The position numbers and the translations under genes were made by a program. A stretch of 64,000 bases of DNA from Hyaloraphidium curvatum SAG 235-1 (Eukaryota; Fungi; Monoblepharomycota), in assembly GCA_025558095.1 (NCBI GenBank), contig JAIVFI010000008.1, forward strand, positions 496,001-560,000. Direction: 5' to 3'. Positions 22,501 through 31,679 of the stretch are shown one piece after another. Positions within the stretch are counted from its first letter, which is position 1; each line of letters begins with the position of its first letter. The notes beneath the pieces are model-generated. The model did not search any database, was not told the DNA's origin, and was given only the letters and a program-made list of their open reading frames with translations.

Positions 22501-23151
22501 ATGGCCGCCACCCTTTCTGAAATTTACGACGGTCTTCCGACCTTCAAGCTCCTGTCGGCAATGTTCGGCAGCAAAAACCAGCTCGTTGCCGATCGCGCGG
22601 ACGAGAACGCCGCCCACCCCATCCAAGGCAAACCGTCACCGCGTGGAGCTCTGACCGGGTACTTTTCGACCGACGTGCACCGAATTACTGTGGTTCCCAC
22701 CACACTTGCCCCTGGACCGTATCACTCGCCCCGGTTCGGCGACAAGTTCAAAAGAGTGGATACCGACCCCGGCAATGTGGGCGGCTACCATGCGCTCGTC
22801 GTCGATCTCGGCGAAGGCACCTTCCAAGTGGCCGTCAAGTTCGTGACAACGGACTGGCCGATCCTGGAAGTGAAAACCGAGCCGAGGCCCGGCCGCATCA
22901 TCATTGGGCGGATGGATTCCCCCTGTATTGGCGAAGACGACATCAATGCGCTCACCAAGACGGGCTACACCATCCGAGGCGGACGAATCTTGATCCACGG
23001 CGAGCCCAGTCTCCCCAAGGAGTTCCGCAAGGAATGCCGGAAGAACGCATTCAACATTGAACCGACATGTCTGGGCGATGGATACTACCCGATTTCTGTG
23101 GAGCGCGACGCCGGTGGATTCGTTTCGCGGGTGACCATCGAGCTGGTCTGA
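22501..23151 (+). CDS. Hypothetical protein with DUF4241-like C-terminal motif
   Basis: 216-aa ORF ending LGDGYYPISVERDAGGFVSRVTIEL. Confidence 0.55.
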   Translation: MAATLSEIYDGLPTFKLLSAMFGSKNQLVADRADENAAHPIQGKPSPRGALTGYFSTDVHRITVVPTTLAPGPYHSPRFGDKFKRVDTDPGNVGGYHALVVDLGEGTFQVAVKFVTTDWPILEVKTEPRPGRIIIGRMDSPCIGEDDINALTKTGYTIRGGRILIHGEPSLPKEFRKECRKNAFNIEPTCLGDGYYPISVERDAGGFVSRVTIELV

Positions 23152-23198
23152 ATTCTGACCAAGATGCAGACGGACACCCGGTATTACAGAAGAAGCAA

Positions 23199-24986
23199 TC
23201 AATAGTTTTCGTTGAATTCATCGCACGTCTCTGCCCCCGGCTCCCTCGTGACGGTGCTGCACCACAAACGATCATCTCCGCACTCTTTGCATGTCATCCG
23301 TTTGTCGTGGATGAAATGATGCATCTCGTCGTCCGTTGCAGCGAGCCACGGAGTCGTTTCGTCCGCAAAGTAGTTGATGGGGTCGAAAGGCCTCGTCTTC
23401 CAACCTCCATCCCCGTCGCAAAGTCGGTAAGATGCCACCTTGCCCCCGTTCCGAATGCCGGTCTTTTCGACCACCACCACCGCGACGCGCTCGAGACACT
23501 CCCAGCGTTGGGCTGCAAGGAGCAGCACGGCCGGTGAAACGTCGCCTCCCGTTTTATCGTAGGAATATTCCGAGTCGGCTTCGTTGCGCCAATCGACGAT
23601 GATCACGAGGTCCTCGATGTTTTCGAGCGGGCGCATGTCCAAGAACTCGTTCGCCAACTGCACCGATAGAAAAATGCGGCGTGCAAGAGGCAGGTGCTCG
23701 CCGAACCAATCGGCCGAGTAAGGTGATGTGAAAACCACCTCGTCGACGAAATACAGCCAGTCCTCGAACGTGTGGAGCGTGTCTGCCATGAGATACATGG
23801 GGTATTTGACAAGGTCCGTCGTCATGAACACAAACGATTGGAACACCGCCGGCACTTTGGAAACCACATCGAACCACGACCCAAAGTCACCGTCGTACGA
23901 GACGCCGCCAATGTCGACACCGGTGGCCACGATTTCCAGGCGCTCGAGTGCCGTCGCAGGGGCTACAAATCTGGGCAAAACGTGCCTCAGAAAGTTGTCG
24001 TCCTCGAAGATGTTCAACCGCAACTTCCGGAGACGGGGCATCTCGGGAAGGTCAAACAATCCGTTTCCGACCCGGCAGTCGACGAGCGACACCTCGAGCG
24101 ACACCAAAGAGTCCGCGTGCGATGCGATGGTTGCAAACACCATGGATGAATACGACGGGAAACGCAACGTCTTGGCCGAACCGCGCAGTGCCGCAAGCGA
24201 GGTTGTTGTGGTTGATGTCGTCGTAGCATCACTGACACCGGTGATGGCGAGATTGTTGGATGTCGGCCCTGAAAAATCCGGAACGGCCGCCTTGGGCATG
24301 AAGGCCCGTGCGTGTCGCTCATTGGGAACCTGCACGCATTCGACGTTCGGGAAGTATTCGGCGACATTCGTCCAAAAGTCCTCTTCCGCGTACACGTGAT
24401 CGCCGGGCGAGTCTTGGGAAATCAGGATCGTCTTCAGGTGCTTGTTGTGCGATCCCCATGCACCGGCCCTCCGGAACCCAAACCACAGATCAAACCGGAA
24501 TCCGGCGGGGTAGTCGGCAAAGGTAAACTCAAAGTGCTCGACCCGAGATGTCTTTGCAACGCGCAGCCACGACCCAAACGCCTCGGTGATGGTCTTGAGG
24601 GAAGGCTCATCCGTGATTTCCATGCAAACGCGCAGACTCCTGAGATTTTCGAGTTCGACCCTCCCCCAGATGTTCTGGCAGCTTGCGGAGGAAACGTCGA
24701 GCGAGACGAGGTTGTGACCGTGGTTCATCAGGAACGCAAAATCGAGAGCAGAATCTCCGGCAAGCGACAAGTGCCGCACAACACCCGGGCGCACACGCCA
24801 CATGGCGCACCACCAGATCTCCGTCGAAACTTCCAACTCTCTCCAGAGCGATTCGTCCCAGGCAATGGCGTGCATGCGTTTCGAAGTCTGGCCGAGATTG
24901 ATCCGGTCATCGTGCGGCATGAATCCAAAGATGCGTAGCAACAACTCGTCGCAGAACATGTCCATGGTCGGAACACTTTTGACCAT
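23199..24986 (-). CDS. F-box/LRR-like protein, paralog of 19697-20803
   Basis: MDMFCDELLLRIFGFMP...QTSKRMHAIAWDESLWREL; shared C-terminal GK(V/I)AS(Y/F)...W..R.FDP..YF.D. Confidence 0.85.
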   Translation of the reverse strand: MVKSVPTMDMFCDELLLRIFGFMPHDDRINLGQTSKRMHAIAWDESLWRELEVSTEIWWCAMWRVRPGVVRHLSLAGDSALDFAFLMNHGHNLVSLDVSSASCQNIWGRVELENLRSLRVCMEITDEPSLKTITEAFGSWLRVAKTSRVEHFEFTFADYPAGFRFDLWFGFRRAGAWGSHNKHLKTILISQDSPGDHVYAEEDFWTNVAEYFPNVECVQVPNERHARAFMPKAAVPDFSGPTSNNLAITGVSDATTTSTTTTSLAALRGSAKTLRFPSYSSMVFATIASHADSLVSLEVSLVDCRVGNGLFDLPEMPRLRKLRLNIFEDDNFLRHVLPRFVAPATALERLEIVATGVDIGGVSYDGDFGSWFDVVSKVPAVFQSFVFMTTDLVKYPMYLMADTLHTFEDWLYFVDEVVFTSPYSADWFGEHLPLARRIFLSVQLANEFLDMRPLENIEDLVIIVDWRNEADSEYSYDKTGGDVSPAVLLLAAQRWECLERVAVVVVEKTGIRNGGKVASYRLCDGDGGWKTRPFDPINYFADETTPWLAATDDEMHHFIHDKRMTCKECGDDRLWCSTVTREPGAETCDEFNENY

Positions 24987-25030
24987 GATGACGACGATGC
25001 GACTCCCCCCCCCCGTCTGGTGCCCATCCC

Positions 25031-25145
25031 TTTATACTCCCCCGCGTCTCTTCATGGTGACAGGTTCACGGTGACAGGTTCATGGTGACAGGTTCATGGT
25101 GACACTTTCATGGTGACACCTTCCCTCTGCCCACCACTACAAAAG
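25031..25145. promoter_or_regulatory. Divergent promoter with 5 copies of the 14-bp unit
   Basis: TTTATA at 25031, repeats of TTCATGGTGACA(GG/CT), and TACAAAAG at about 25138. Confidence 0.75.
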
Positions 25146-25186
25146 CACGACGCGGAGAGGTGTTCGTGGTTCTGATCACTTCCGCA

Positions 25187-25852
25187 ATGTCGACCCTTCC
25201 CATCACACTGCTGTACCCCGGTATCGGCCACGATGTCGGAACCCCATTCCAAGTCGATTTTGGATCCAAACGCATCCACGTCGTTGGCATCGATCACATC
25301 CCTGCGATCCCGTGCGGCTACTTGGGTCATGATGCCAACACGCCAAAACGGCTGCACGCCAAGCTCCGAAACCTCATGTCTTCCATCGGCCTGAAACACC
25401 GAACGAACCATTTGGCCACCGTTTGGACCTTTTCGAACCCCACCAAAAGCAAAGTGCTGGAATACCACCACTCGACATCATTTCCTCAATCGCCCGACGA
25501 CCCGTACCCCCACTTGAACCGGAAAATCGACGCGGTGTACATCAGTCGGATCGTTGCTCCCAATGCAGCCTGGTTGCGCTCCCTGGCTCGAAGGCCCAAC
25601 GGCAAGATCTCCGTGTTTCTGGGCAATGGCACGCATGTCGGCGAGGACTGGGATCGCATTGACGCGATCCGACGCACGGGCATCACGATTGTGGAGACCT
25701 TTCACGACGACTCCGACGCCTACGGAGACATCGTTGGCACGACCCAATGCATCGATACCGCCAAGGACATGCACTTCGGGTCCATTGCGTGCTGCTGCGA
25801 CGACGACGACGTGCTTGCGTGGAAGGGGGAGCAAAAAAAGGTCGAGAAATGA
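25187..25852 (+). CDS. Hypothetical protein, possible SAM-binding Rossmann-like fold
   Basis: TLLYPGIGHD followed by IHVVGID resembles methyltransferase motifs I and II. Confidence 0.5.
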   Translation: MSTLPITLLYPGIGHDVGTPFQVDFGSKRIHVVGIDHIPAIPCGYLGHDANTPKRLHAKLRNLMSSIGLKHRTNHLATVWTFSNPTKSKVLEYHHSTSFPQSPDDPYPHLNRKIDAVYISRIVAPNAAWLRSLARRPNGKISVFLGNGTHVGEDWDRIDAIRRTGITIVETFHDDSDAYGDIVGTTQCIDTAKDMHFGSIACCCDDDDVLAWKGEQKKVEK

Positions 25853-25888
25853 CAATGTGCCCGTTCGATCTCCACTCTTAAGAACCCT

Positions 25889-25937
25889 GCTGAAACCGGG
25901 TTACCAATGCCTTGTATCGCCTCTTGGAAAACTTTCC
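25889..25937 (-). repeat. Single copy of the ~50-bp repeat upstream of the kinesin gene
   Basis: GCTGAAACCGGGTTACCAATGCCTTGTATCGCCTCTTGGAAAACTTTCC. Confidence 0.9.
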
Positions 25938-26044
25938 CACCATCGCGCTCTCCCGGAAAGGGTCCATGCGATGAAACTGCCCTGTCCATAAACAGTCCCG
26001 AACTGGACGGACCGGAATTTTTCCGCCCTGACCATCCCACAACA

Positions 26045-27979
26045 ATGGTCCGCGCTCGTATTTGGCCGTGGAAGAAAACCGAACCCGCCGACGACGACCG
26101 AATGGATCTCCTTCAAAGAAACCAAGAGCTCTTGAAAGACTTGATCGAAACGAAAAAGGCGCTTTTGCTATGTCAGAATCCGCCCACGGACGTTCCAATC
26201 AACAATGAAGAAGAAGACGACGAAGAAGACATCTTTCAAGACGCAGAAGATGGGATAGTCCCCAAAGCCGACGTCCACCCCGATCCGACGATGATGAAAC
26301 TATCCACTCAATTGGATCGAATGGGGGCCAAAGCTTCCGGCATGATGAAGATGCAACCGACCCAAGACATCGCCTCCGTTGCCGAGGAACTCGCTGTGTT
26401 GCGCAGAGACGTGTCCATAGCGCACGGTACACGGGAGTCCTGGTTGGCGATTCCGGGCTCCCAGCGAACGCTCTTGGCCGAAAAGCTCAACGACGCGGTG
26501 GGCCATCTCGGAGCAAAACTGGACGCCATTTACATGTCGCTCTTTGCCGCCGCCCGCGTGTTTGTGCGAGTCCGGGATGGGATTGCTCCCGACGTCGACT
26601 TTGCCTGCGATGATCGAACTGTCCGCTACGGACCGAAACATTACTCCTTTGCCGCTGTCGTCTCCAACACCAACAATGACGCTCTTGGACGCGAACTCTC
26701 GGCCGATTTCGGACAGGGCGCCATCGACCACGTACTTGGTGGAGGGCACCTGGTCGTCATGGGCGTCGGCGGCTCGGGCTCGGGGAAGACGCACTCTCTC
26801 TTTGGCAATCCCAACGAACCAGGAATCCTGTTTTCGACGCTCGACGCCATCAAAAAGGCGATTCCTGGAGTCCTGTTTGATACCGAGGAACTCACCGACT
26901 TCTACGCTTACATGAAACCGGAATCTTTGGGCCATCTCATGGACACGTCCGGAAAAGGCCCCATTTCCGTCTTGAAACCAGAAATCGCCGATGCCATCCA
27001 ACTTCCGGGGTGTCTGTCGCGCGATCAGGTCTTTTCCGAATCCGTGGTTCAATTCGGCTACGATCACCTCCGAGGGAAGCACGTGTTGACTCCGGACATC
27101 GCCAAGGTCGCCTCGAAACCGGTTCAGCGACGGGAATTGTCCCTAACCGTGCCTCTGCTCTTCGACCCAGCCCTGGAACCGCTTCGAACATTGACACGGA
27201 CCACTGCGACCTCGTTGATCGATTCATTGAACGGCGGGAATGGCGTGGTTGCCTTTGAACACTTTCAAACCGCTCGCGAACGGTGCGGTTTCGCGAAGCC
27301 CACCCCCAACAACCCGCACAGTTCCAGGAGTTCGTTGTTTTGGACGATTTCGGTGGTGTCGACCCACAGCAACCACACCCTCGGTCGAATCACGGTCATT
27401 GATGCAGCAGGGAGCGAAAACCCCACCGACATCATCAACTCCTACCTTCAATCTGTTCGCCCCCTGGATCGCTTTCCGGGAGACTTGAGAGTGTTGGCCG
27501 GCAATCCAGCAGCAAGTCAAATCGTATTGGAAGGCGTCATGATCAACGAAACCGTGGCCCACACCAAGAGACTCCTCTGGAAACAATCGCCCATTGCAGA
27601 AGTGAGGAGGGAAGCGGACCGTGCCTTCTGGAAAGGCTACCGGCAACAGCTCATTGGCGGTTTACGTGACAAACGAGGAATCCGAACCGGATACCAACCA
27701 TCCTGGGCGCTCTTCTGGGATTCCGGCCGAATCCTATCTGTTTCGCGATTGGCGGAGATCTTTGCAGGGAGTCGAGTGAAGATCAACTTGCTCGGTTGCA
27801 TCGCTCCTTCGCGCTCGAAACGGGCTCAAACTTTCAATACCCTCGATTTCTGCAACTCAGTGCAAACGGGAGCGGTGGAAGCCTTTTCGACCACAACGCA
27901 TGTTTCCCGGTGCGTGGGGAGCAGGTGCGGACATCCTGGCGTGGTGGAGAGGTTCATTCATGCCGTGTTTTTCGGGTGA
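26045..27979 (+). CDS. Divergent intron-less kinesin motor protein (coiled coil then motor, kinesin-14-like order)
   Basis: RVFVRVR, P-loop GGSGSGKTHSL, switch I NPHSSRS, switch II IDAAGSE, EGVMINET, and CIAPS...TFNTLDF. Confidence 0.88.
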   Translation: MVRARIWPWKKTEPADDDRMDLLQRNQELLKDLIETKKALLLCQNPPTDVPINNEEEDDEEDIFQDAEDGIVPKADVHPDPTMMKLSTQLDRMGAKASGMMKMQPTQDIASVAEELAVLRRDVSIAHGTRESWLAIPGSQRTLLAEKLNDAVGHLGAKLDAIYMSLFAAARVFVRVRDGIAPDVDFACDDRTVRYGPKHYSFAAVVSNTNNDALGRELSADFGQGAIDHVLGGGHLVVMGVGGSGSGKTHSLFGNPNEPGILFSTLDAIKKAIPGVLFDTEELTDFYAYMKPESLGHLMDTSGKGPISVLKPEIADAIQLPGCLSRDQVFSESVVQFGYDHLRGKHVLTPDIAKVASKPVQRRELSLTVPLLFDPALEPLRTLTRTTATSLIDSLNGGNGVVAFEHFQTARERCGFAKPTPNNPHSSRSSLFWTISVVSTHSNHTLGRITVIDAAGSENPTDIINSYLQSVRPLDRFPGDLRVLAGNPAASQIVLEGVMINETVAHTKRLLWKQSPIAEVRREADRAFWKGYRQQLIGGLRDKRGIRTGYQPSWALFWDSGRILSVSRLAEIFAGSRVKINLLGCIAPSRSKRAQTFNTLDFCNSVQTGAVEAFSTTTHVSRCVGSRCGHPGVVERFIHAVFFG

Positions 27980-28012
27980 TGAGCCCGTCGAAAGTGTCAC
28001 TACTTTGCCACA

Positions 28013-28310
28013 GCTGAAACCGGGTTACCAATGCCTTGTATCGCCTCTTGGAAAAGTTTCACGACCGAGGCTGGGCGGCAAAACCACTCGGCGGAGGATC
28101 CCGAATCCCTCCGCATTGGAATCTCTCCGCACTCGAACCCGCCCGAACCCCGCCCGAATGGGGTGGGTTGGGAAACTTTTCCAAGACGCGATACAAGGCA
28201 TTGGTGACCCGGTTTCGCGCCTTAGTCATTTCCGTATTTCCGCCTACCAAAATTCTTAACTTGCTGAAACCGGGTTACCAATGCCTTGTATCGCCTCTTG
28301 AAAAACTTTT
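28013..28310. repeat. Three copies of the ~50-bp repeat (R-F-R)
   Basis: Copies at about 28013, 28170 and 28263; the last two flank an AT-rich spacer. Confidence 0.9.
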
Positions 28311-28460
28311 CGAACCGAGGCTGGGCGGGTAAACTCATTTTTTGAACCGCCCGGAAAAGGGTCCAGTTGCGGCGAATTAGTGCGCATTTCATCGCCACTG
28401 CCCATTCTTAAACGGCGCTCAGACAGACGGACGGGCCACATGCAGAATGGAAACAACAAT

Positions 28461-29660
28461 TCAGAGGTTCATTGACCAGATCGGCGCAAATACGCTTGCT
28501 TTCGTCCAGCTACCCTTGATCCCGAGCCGATTCCTCACCCGGTTCTTCCACGATTCCACCACGCTCAGCATGAAAAACTCACGAAATGCCACCCTTCCCT
28601 CCTCCGTGTCGGGCTCATCCGTTTGCCCATAGAATTCGCGCCGATGTGTCATGTAACGGTCGAGCACTTCAACACACAGCGCGTCGATCCTCTGATACAT
28701 CGCTTTCCCATCATCCCTTTCGTCGAGGGCTTCGATGAGGCTCATTGCGACACATGGATGCATCGTCGCCTTCACGAGATGCTCGATTCGTGTGGGAACG
28801 ATCTGCGCCAAGTCCACCATGCCACTGTCCATCAAGTCCACCCACTCGGCCCACGCAAACGACCGCGATGTGTCGGTCGAATCTTTGATGAGTTCCAGTA
28901 TCCTCTGCGCCAGTTCCTCGGGTGTCTTGGTGCGCAACGGGTCGACTTCCGCAAAGTAGTCCGGCCTTGCATGACGCCTGGCCCAAAGCCGCGTGGTGGC
29001 ATCAGACTCGATCTCATCTCTGTAATGCCTGAGGAACACGTCACCGAAATCTCCTTGGATGGGAAAAGCGCGGATGGAGGGAGGAGCGACGATTTGAAGC
29101 ATTTCCGTGAGCACATCGGCCGTGTCGGGCACATCCGAGATTGCGATCGGGTGGGATGGGCCGAAAACGTCGAGACTGGGCTTGAACCCCGCTTCCACCG
29201 CAGAACAGAGCCGTTCCAGCAAATTCCGATCCTGATAGCGGTAAATCCGAAGGATGTCTTGTGTTCGCACAATGGGTCGGTGGTGCTCGGTCAAAACCAA
29301 CTTGTCACCCCGAGAAGCCAGTTCCGTCTCGATCGCGACGGCCACGTCGAACCGGAGATTGTGGCCCGAAAAGCAATCCTCGACCATGCCGAATACGTAT
29401 TTTGCAGTTTCGAGATTCCCAGGGCACTGAAGCCAACGCAGTCCCCATGCATCTTCGTCATGGGTGAGCCAGTGCAGCTTCCGGGCCGCCCCTTCCTTCC
29501 CATAGCGAGCGACAAACCCTTCTGCGCGCACGATGGCAGGAGAAAGAGCTTGGAACATCGCAGTGGACGTCTGCGCCAATTTGAATGCATCGTCGGCAGT
29601 GGGCAGGAACTTGGCGATGTTGCCGAGGGTCTCGGGCGGCAAGTCGGAGATCGTGACCAT
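28461..29660 (-). CDS. F-box protein, paralog of 55976-57238
   Basis: ISDLPPETLGNIAKFLP; shared RA..F..RYG.E.AA..L..LT...WL...GNLE.A..VF. Confidence 0.8.
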   Translation of the reverse strand: MVTISDLPPETLGNIAKFLPTADDAFKLAQTSTAMFQALSPAIVRAEGFVARYGKEGAARKLHWLTHDEDAWGLRWLQCPGNLETAKYVFGMVEDCFSGHNLRFDVAVAIETELASRGDKLVLTEHHRPIVRTQDILRIYRYQDRNLLERLCSAVEAGFKPSLDVFGPSHPIAISDVPDTADVLTEMLQIVAPPSIRAFPIQGDFGDVFLRHYRDEIESDATTRLWARRHARPDYFAEVDPLRTKTPEELAQRILELIKDSTDTSRSFAWAEWVDLMDSGMVDLAQIVPTRIEHLVKATMHPCVAMSLIEALDERDDGKAMYQRIDALCVEVLDRYMTHRREFYGQTDEPDTEEGRVAFREFFMLSVVESWKNRVRNRLGIKGSWTKASVFAPIWSMNL

Positions 29661-29809
29661 TGCGGCGGGCCCGGGGCGCGTTGTACACCTTGTTGTTGTT
29701 TAGTCTATGGATGTAATTCCGGTGCTGAAAACAGAGAGAGGGATTTGAGCAGAGGGTGGTTTGTGATTGATGTAAAAGATGGAACGTGATCGCTCTTCAC
29801 TCCGCGTGG

Positions 29810-29966
29810 TTTTATACCCCGCGGTCACCGTTTCCGAATCTCTGGGGTGGTGTCACTTGCTCGTCACCATGAAAGGTGTCACCATGAAAGTGTCACCATG
29901 AAAGGTGTCACCATGAAAGTGTCACCATGAAAGTGTCACCATGAAAGTGACCGTACCGGTATAAAG
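29810..29966. promoter_or_regulatory. Divergent promoter with about 7 copies of the 14/15-bp unit
   Basis: TTTTATA at 29810, repeats of GAAA(G)GTGTCACCAT, and TATAAAG at 29960. Confidence 0.85.
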
Positions 29967-30016
29967 GCGGGCTCCCTCGGAGGGTCAAGTTCACCCGTTG
30001 GGTTCGATCCACAAAC

Positions 30017-31673
30017 ATGGTAGAACGAGCATTTCTCTGTGATTGGGCGGATTGCGGCAAGACGTTTACGGATTCAAGCAAGTTGTCGAGGCACAGACTG
30101 ACACACACTGGTGAACGGCCGTTTGCATGTGAATGGCCGGATTGTGGCAAGACGTTCTCGAGGTCTGACGTTTTGGCGGTGCACCTACGCGCACACACGG
30201 GAGAACGCCCTTTTACCTGTGTCTGGCCGGGTTGCGACGGGGCTTTTACACAATCGGGCCATTTGACGACGCACATGCGCACGCACACGGGAGAACGCCC
30301 TTTTGAATGCGATTGGCCAGATTGTGGCAAGGCGTTTACGACCTCAAGCAGTTTGACGACGCACATACGCACGCACACGGGAGAACGCCCCTTTGAATGC
30401 GATTGGCCGGATTGTGGCAAGGCGTTTACGGATTCAAGCAGTTTGACGGCGCATCTTCGCACGCACACGGGAGAACGCCCTTTTGAATGCGATTGGCCAG
30501 ATTGTGGCAAGGCGTTTACGACCTCAAGCAGTTTGACGACGCACATGCGCACGCACACGGGAGAACGCCCTTTTGAATGCGATTGGCCAGATTGTGGCAA
30601 GGCGTTTACGACCTCAAGCAGTTTGACGACGCACATACGCACGCACACGGGAGAACGCCCCTTTGAATGCGATTGGCCGGATTGTGGCAAGGCGTTTACG
30701 GATTCAAGCAGTTTGACGGCGCATCTTCGCACGCACACGGGAGAACGCCCTTTTACCTGTGATTGGCCAGATTGTGGCAAGGCGTTTACACAATCGGGCA
30801 ATTTGGTGACGCATATTCGCACGCACACGGGAGAACGCCCCTTTGAATGCGATTGGCCAGCATGTGGCGAGACGTTTCGACGATCTGATAATTTGGTGAC
30901 TCACATGCGCACACACACGGGAGAACGACCCTTTGCCTGCGATTTGCCGGATTGCGGCAAGGCGTTTACGGTTTCGGGCAGTCTGGCAAAACACAGATTG
31001 ACCCATCTTCCATGCATCCACAATGTAACAACCGTCCCCCGGTGCCCAACCGCGGGGGACTTGACGGCGCACGGATACGCCTTGTGTCGCGCTTGGAAGA
31101 GGCTCCCCTCCGGCAAATCACTCAGCGAGGTGCATGCGGCGGTGTGTTTTGCCCACACCATACTTGGCTCCTCCATCCTTCGAAACGTGACGAATTCTGC
31201 ACGCGAGATCGCCACCGCCATGACGGCATCCATCCCGAATCCGGATGGTGGGCGCAACCTTTTGATCGATTACCACTGCGCACGGGGGGATGCATTCGAT
31301 GGAATACGATGGCGCATACTTCCACATCGAGGAGGATTTCAGAGACATTCGGAAAACGCTTTCAATTGCCAAGCTGGGACCGGTTGTGCGCATTCGTGCC
31401 ACTGGTCTGGGAGCACTCGTCAGCGAGCACTTTCCCTTCACACCCCACCCAGTGGGTCAAATTGTATTGAAACAACAGTGGCGCGGGTTTCCGGAGTTCA
31501 GGAAGGAAATCCTCGACAAACTCGATTCCGAGCTGTATTTGGACGCCTACCACGGCTCCGATGAAAAAGCACTGGTTGATGCACTCGGTGTTCTCGCCAA
31601 CGAGGTGATCAAGTTCCTTGCTGGAGAGGGATTGGCAGAAGACGGGCAAAGCGACATCTGCAGTTACTTCTAA
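30017..31673 (+). CDS. Eleven tandem C2H2 zinc fingers plus a Vsr/DUF559-like PD-(D/E)XK nuclease domain; frameshift at a G6 run near 31284-31289
   Basis: Eleven Cx4Cx12Hx3H fingers with TGERP linkers on a 90-bp DNA repeat. SLSE...LLID lies in one frame and MEYDGAYFH...DIRKT...VVRIR in the next; deleting one G joins them. Confidence 0.8.
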
Positions 31674-31679
31674 TTCATG

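Noticed and set aside
29908-30828. 306-aa repetitive minus-strand ORF
   Set aside because: It is the antisense shadow of the zinc-finger minisatellite.
30017-31010. Idea that the zinc-finger array binds the 14-bp promoter unit
   Set aside because: A rough recognition-code reading of the helices gave no convincing match; it cannot be supported without prediction tools or experiment.
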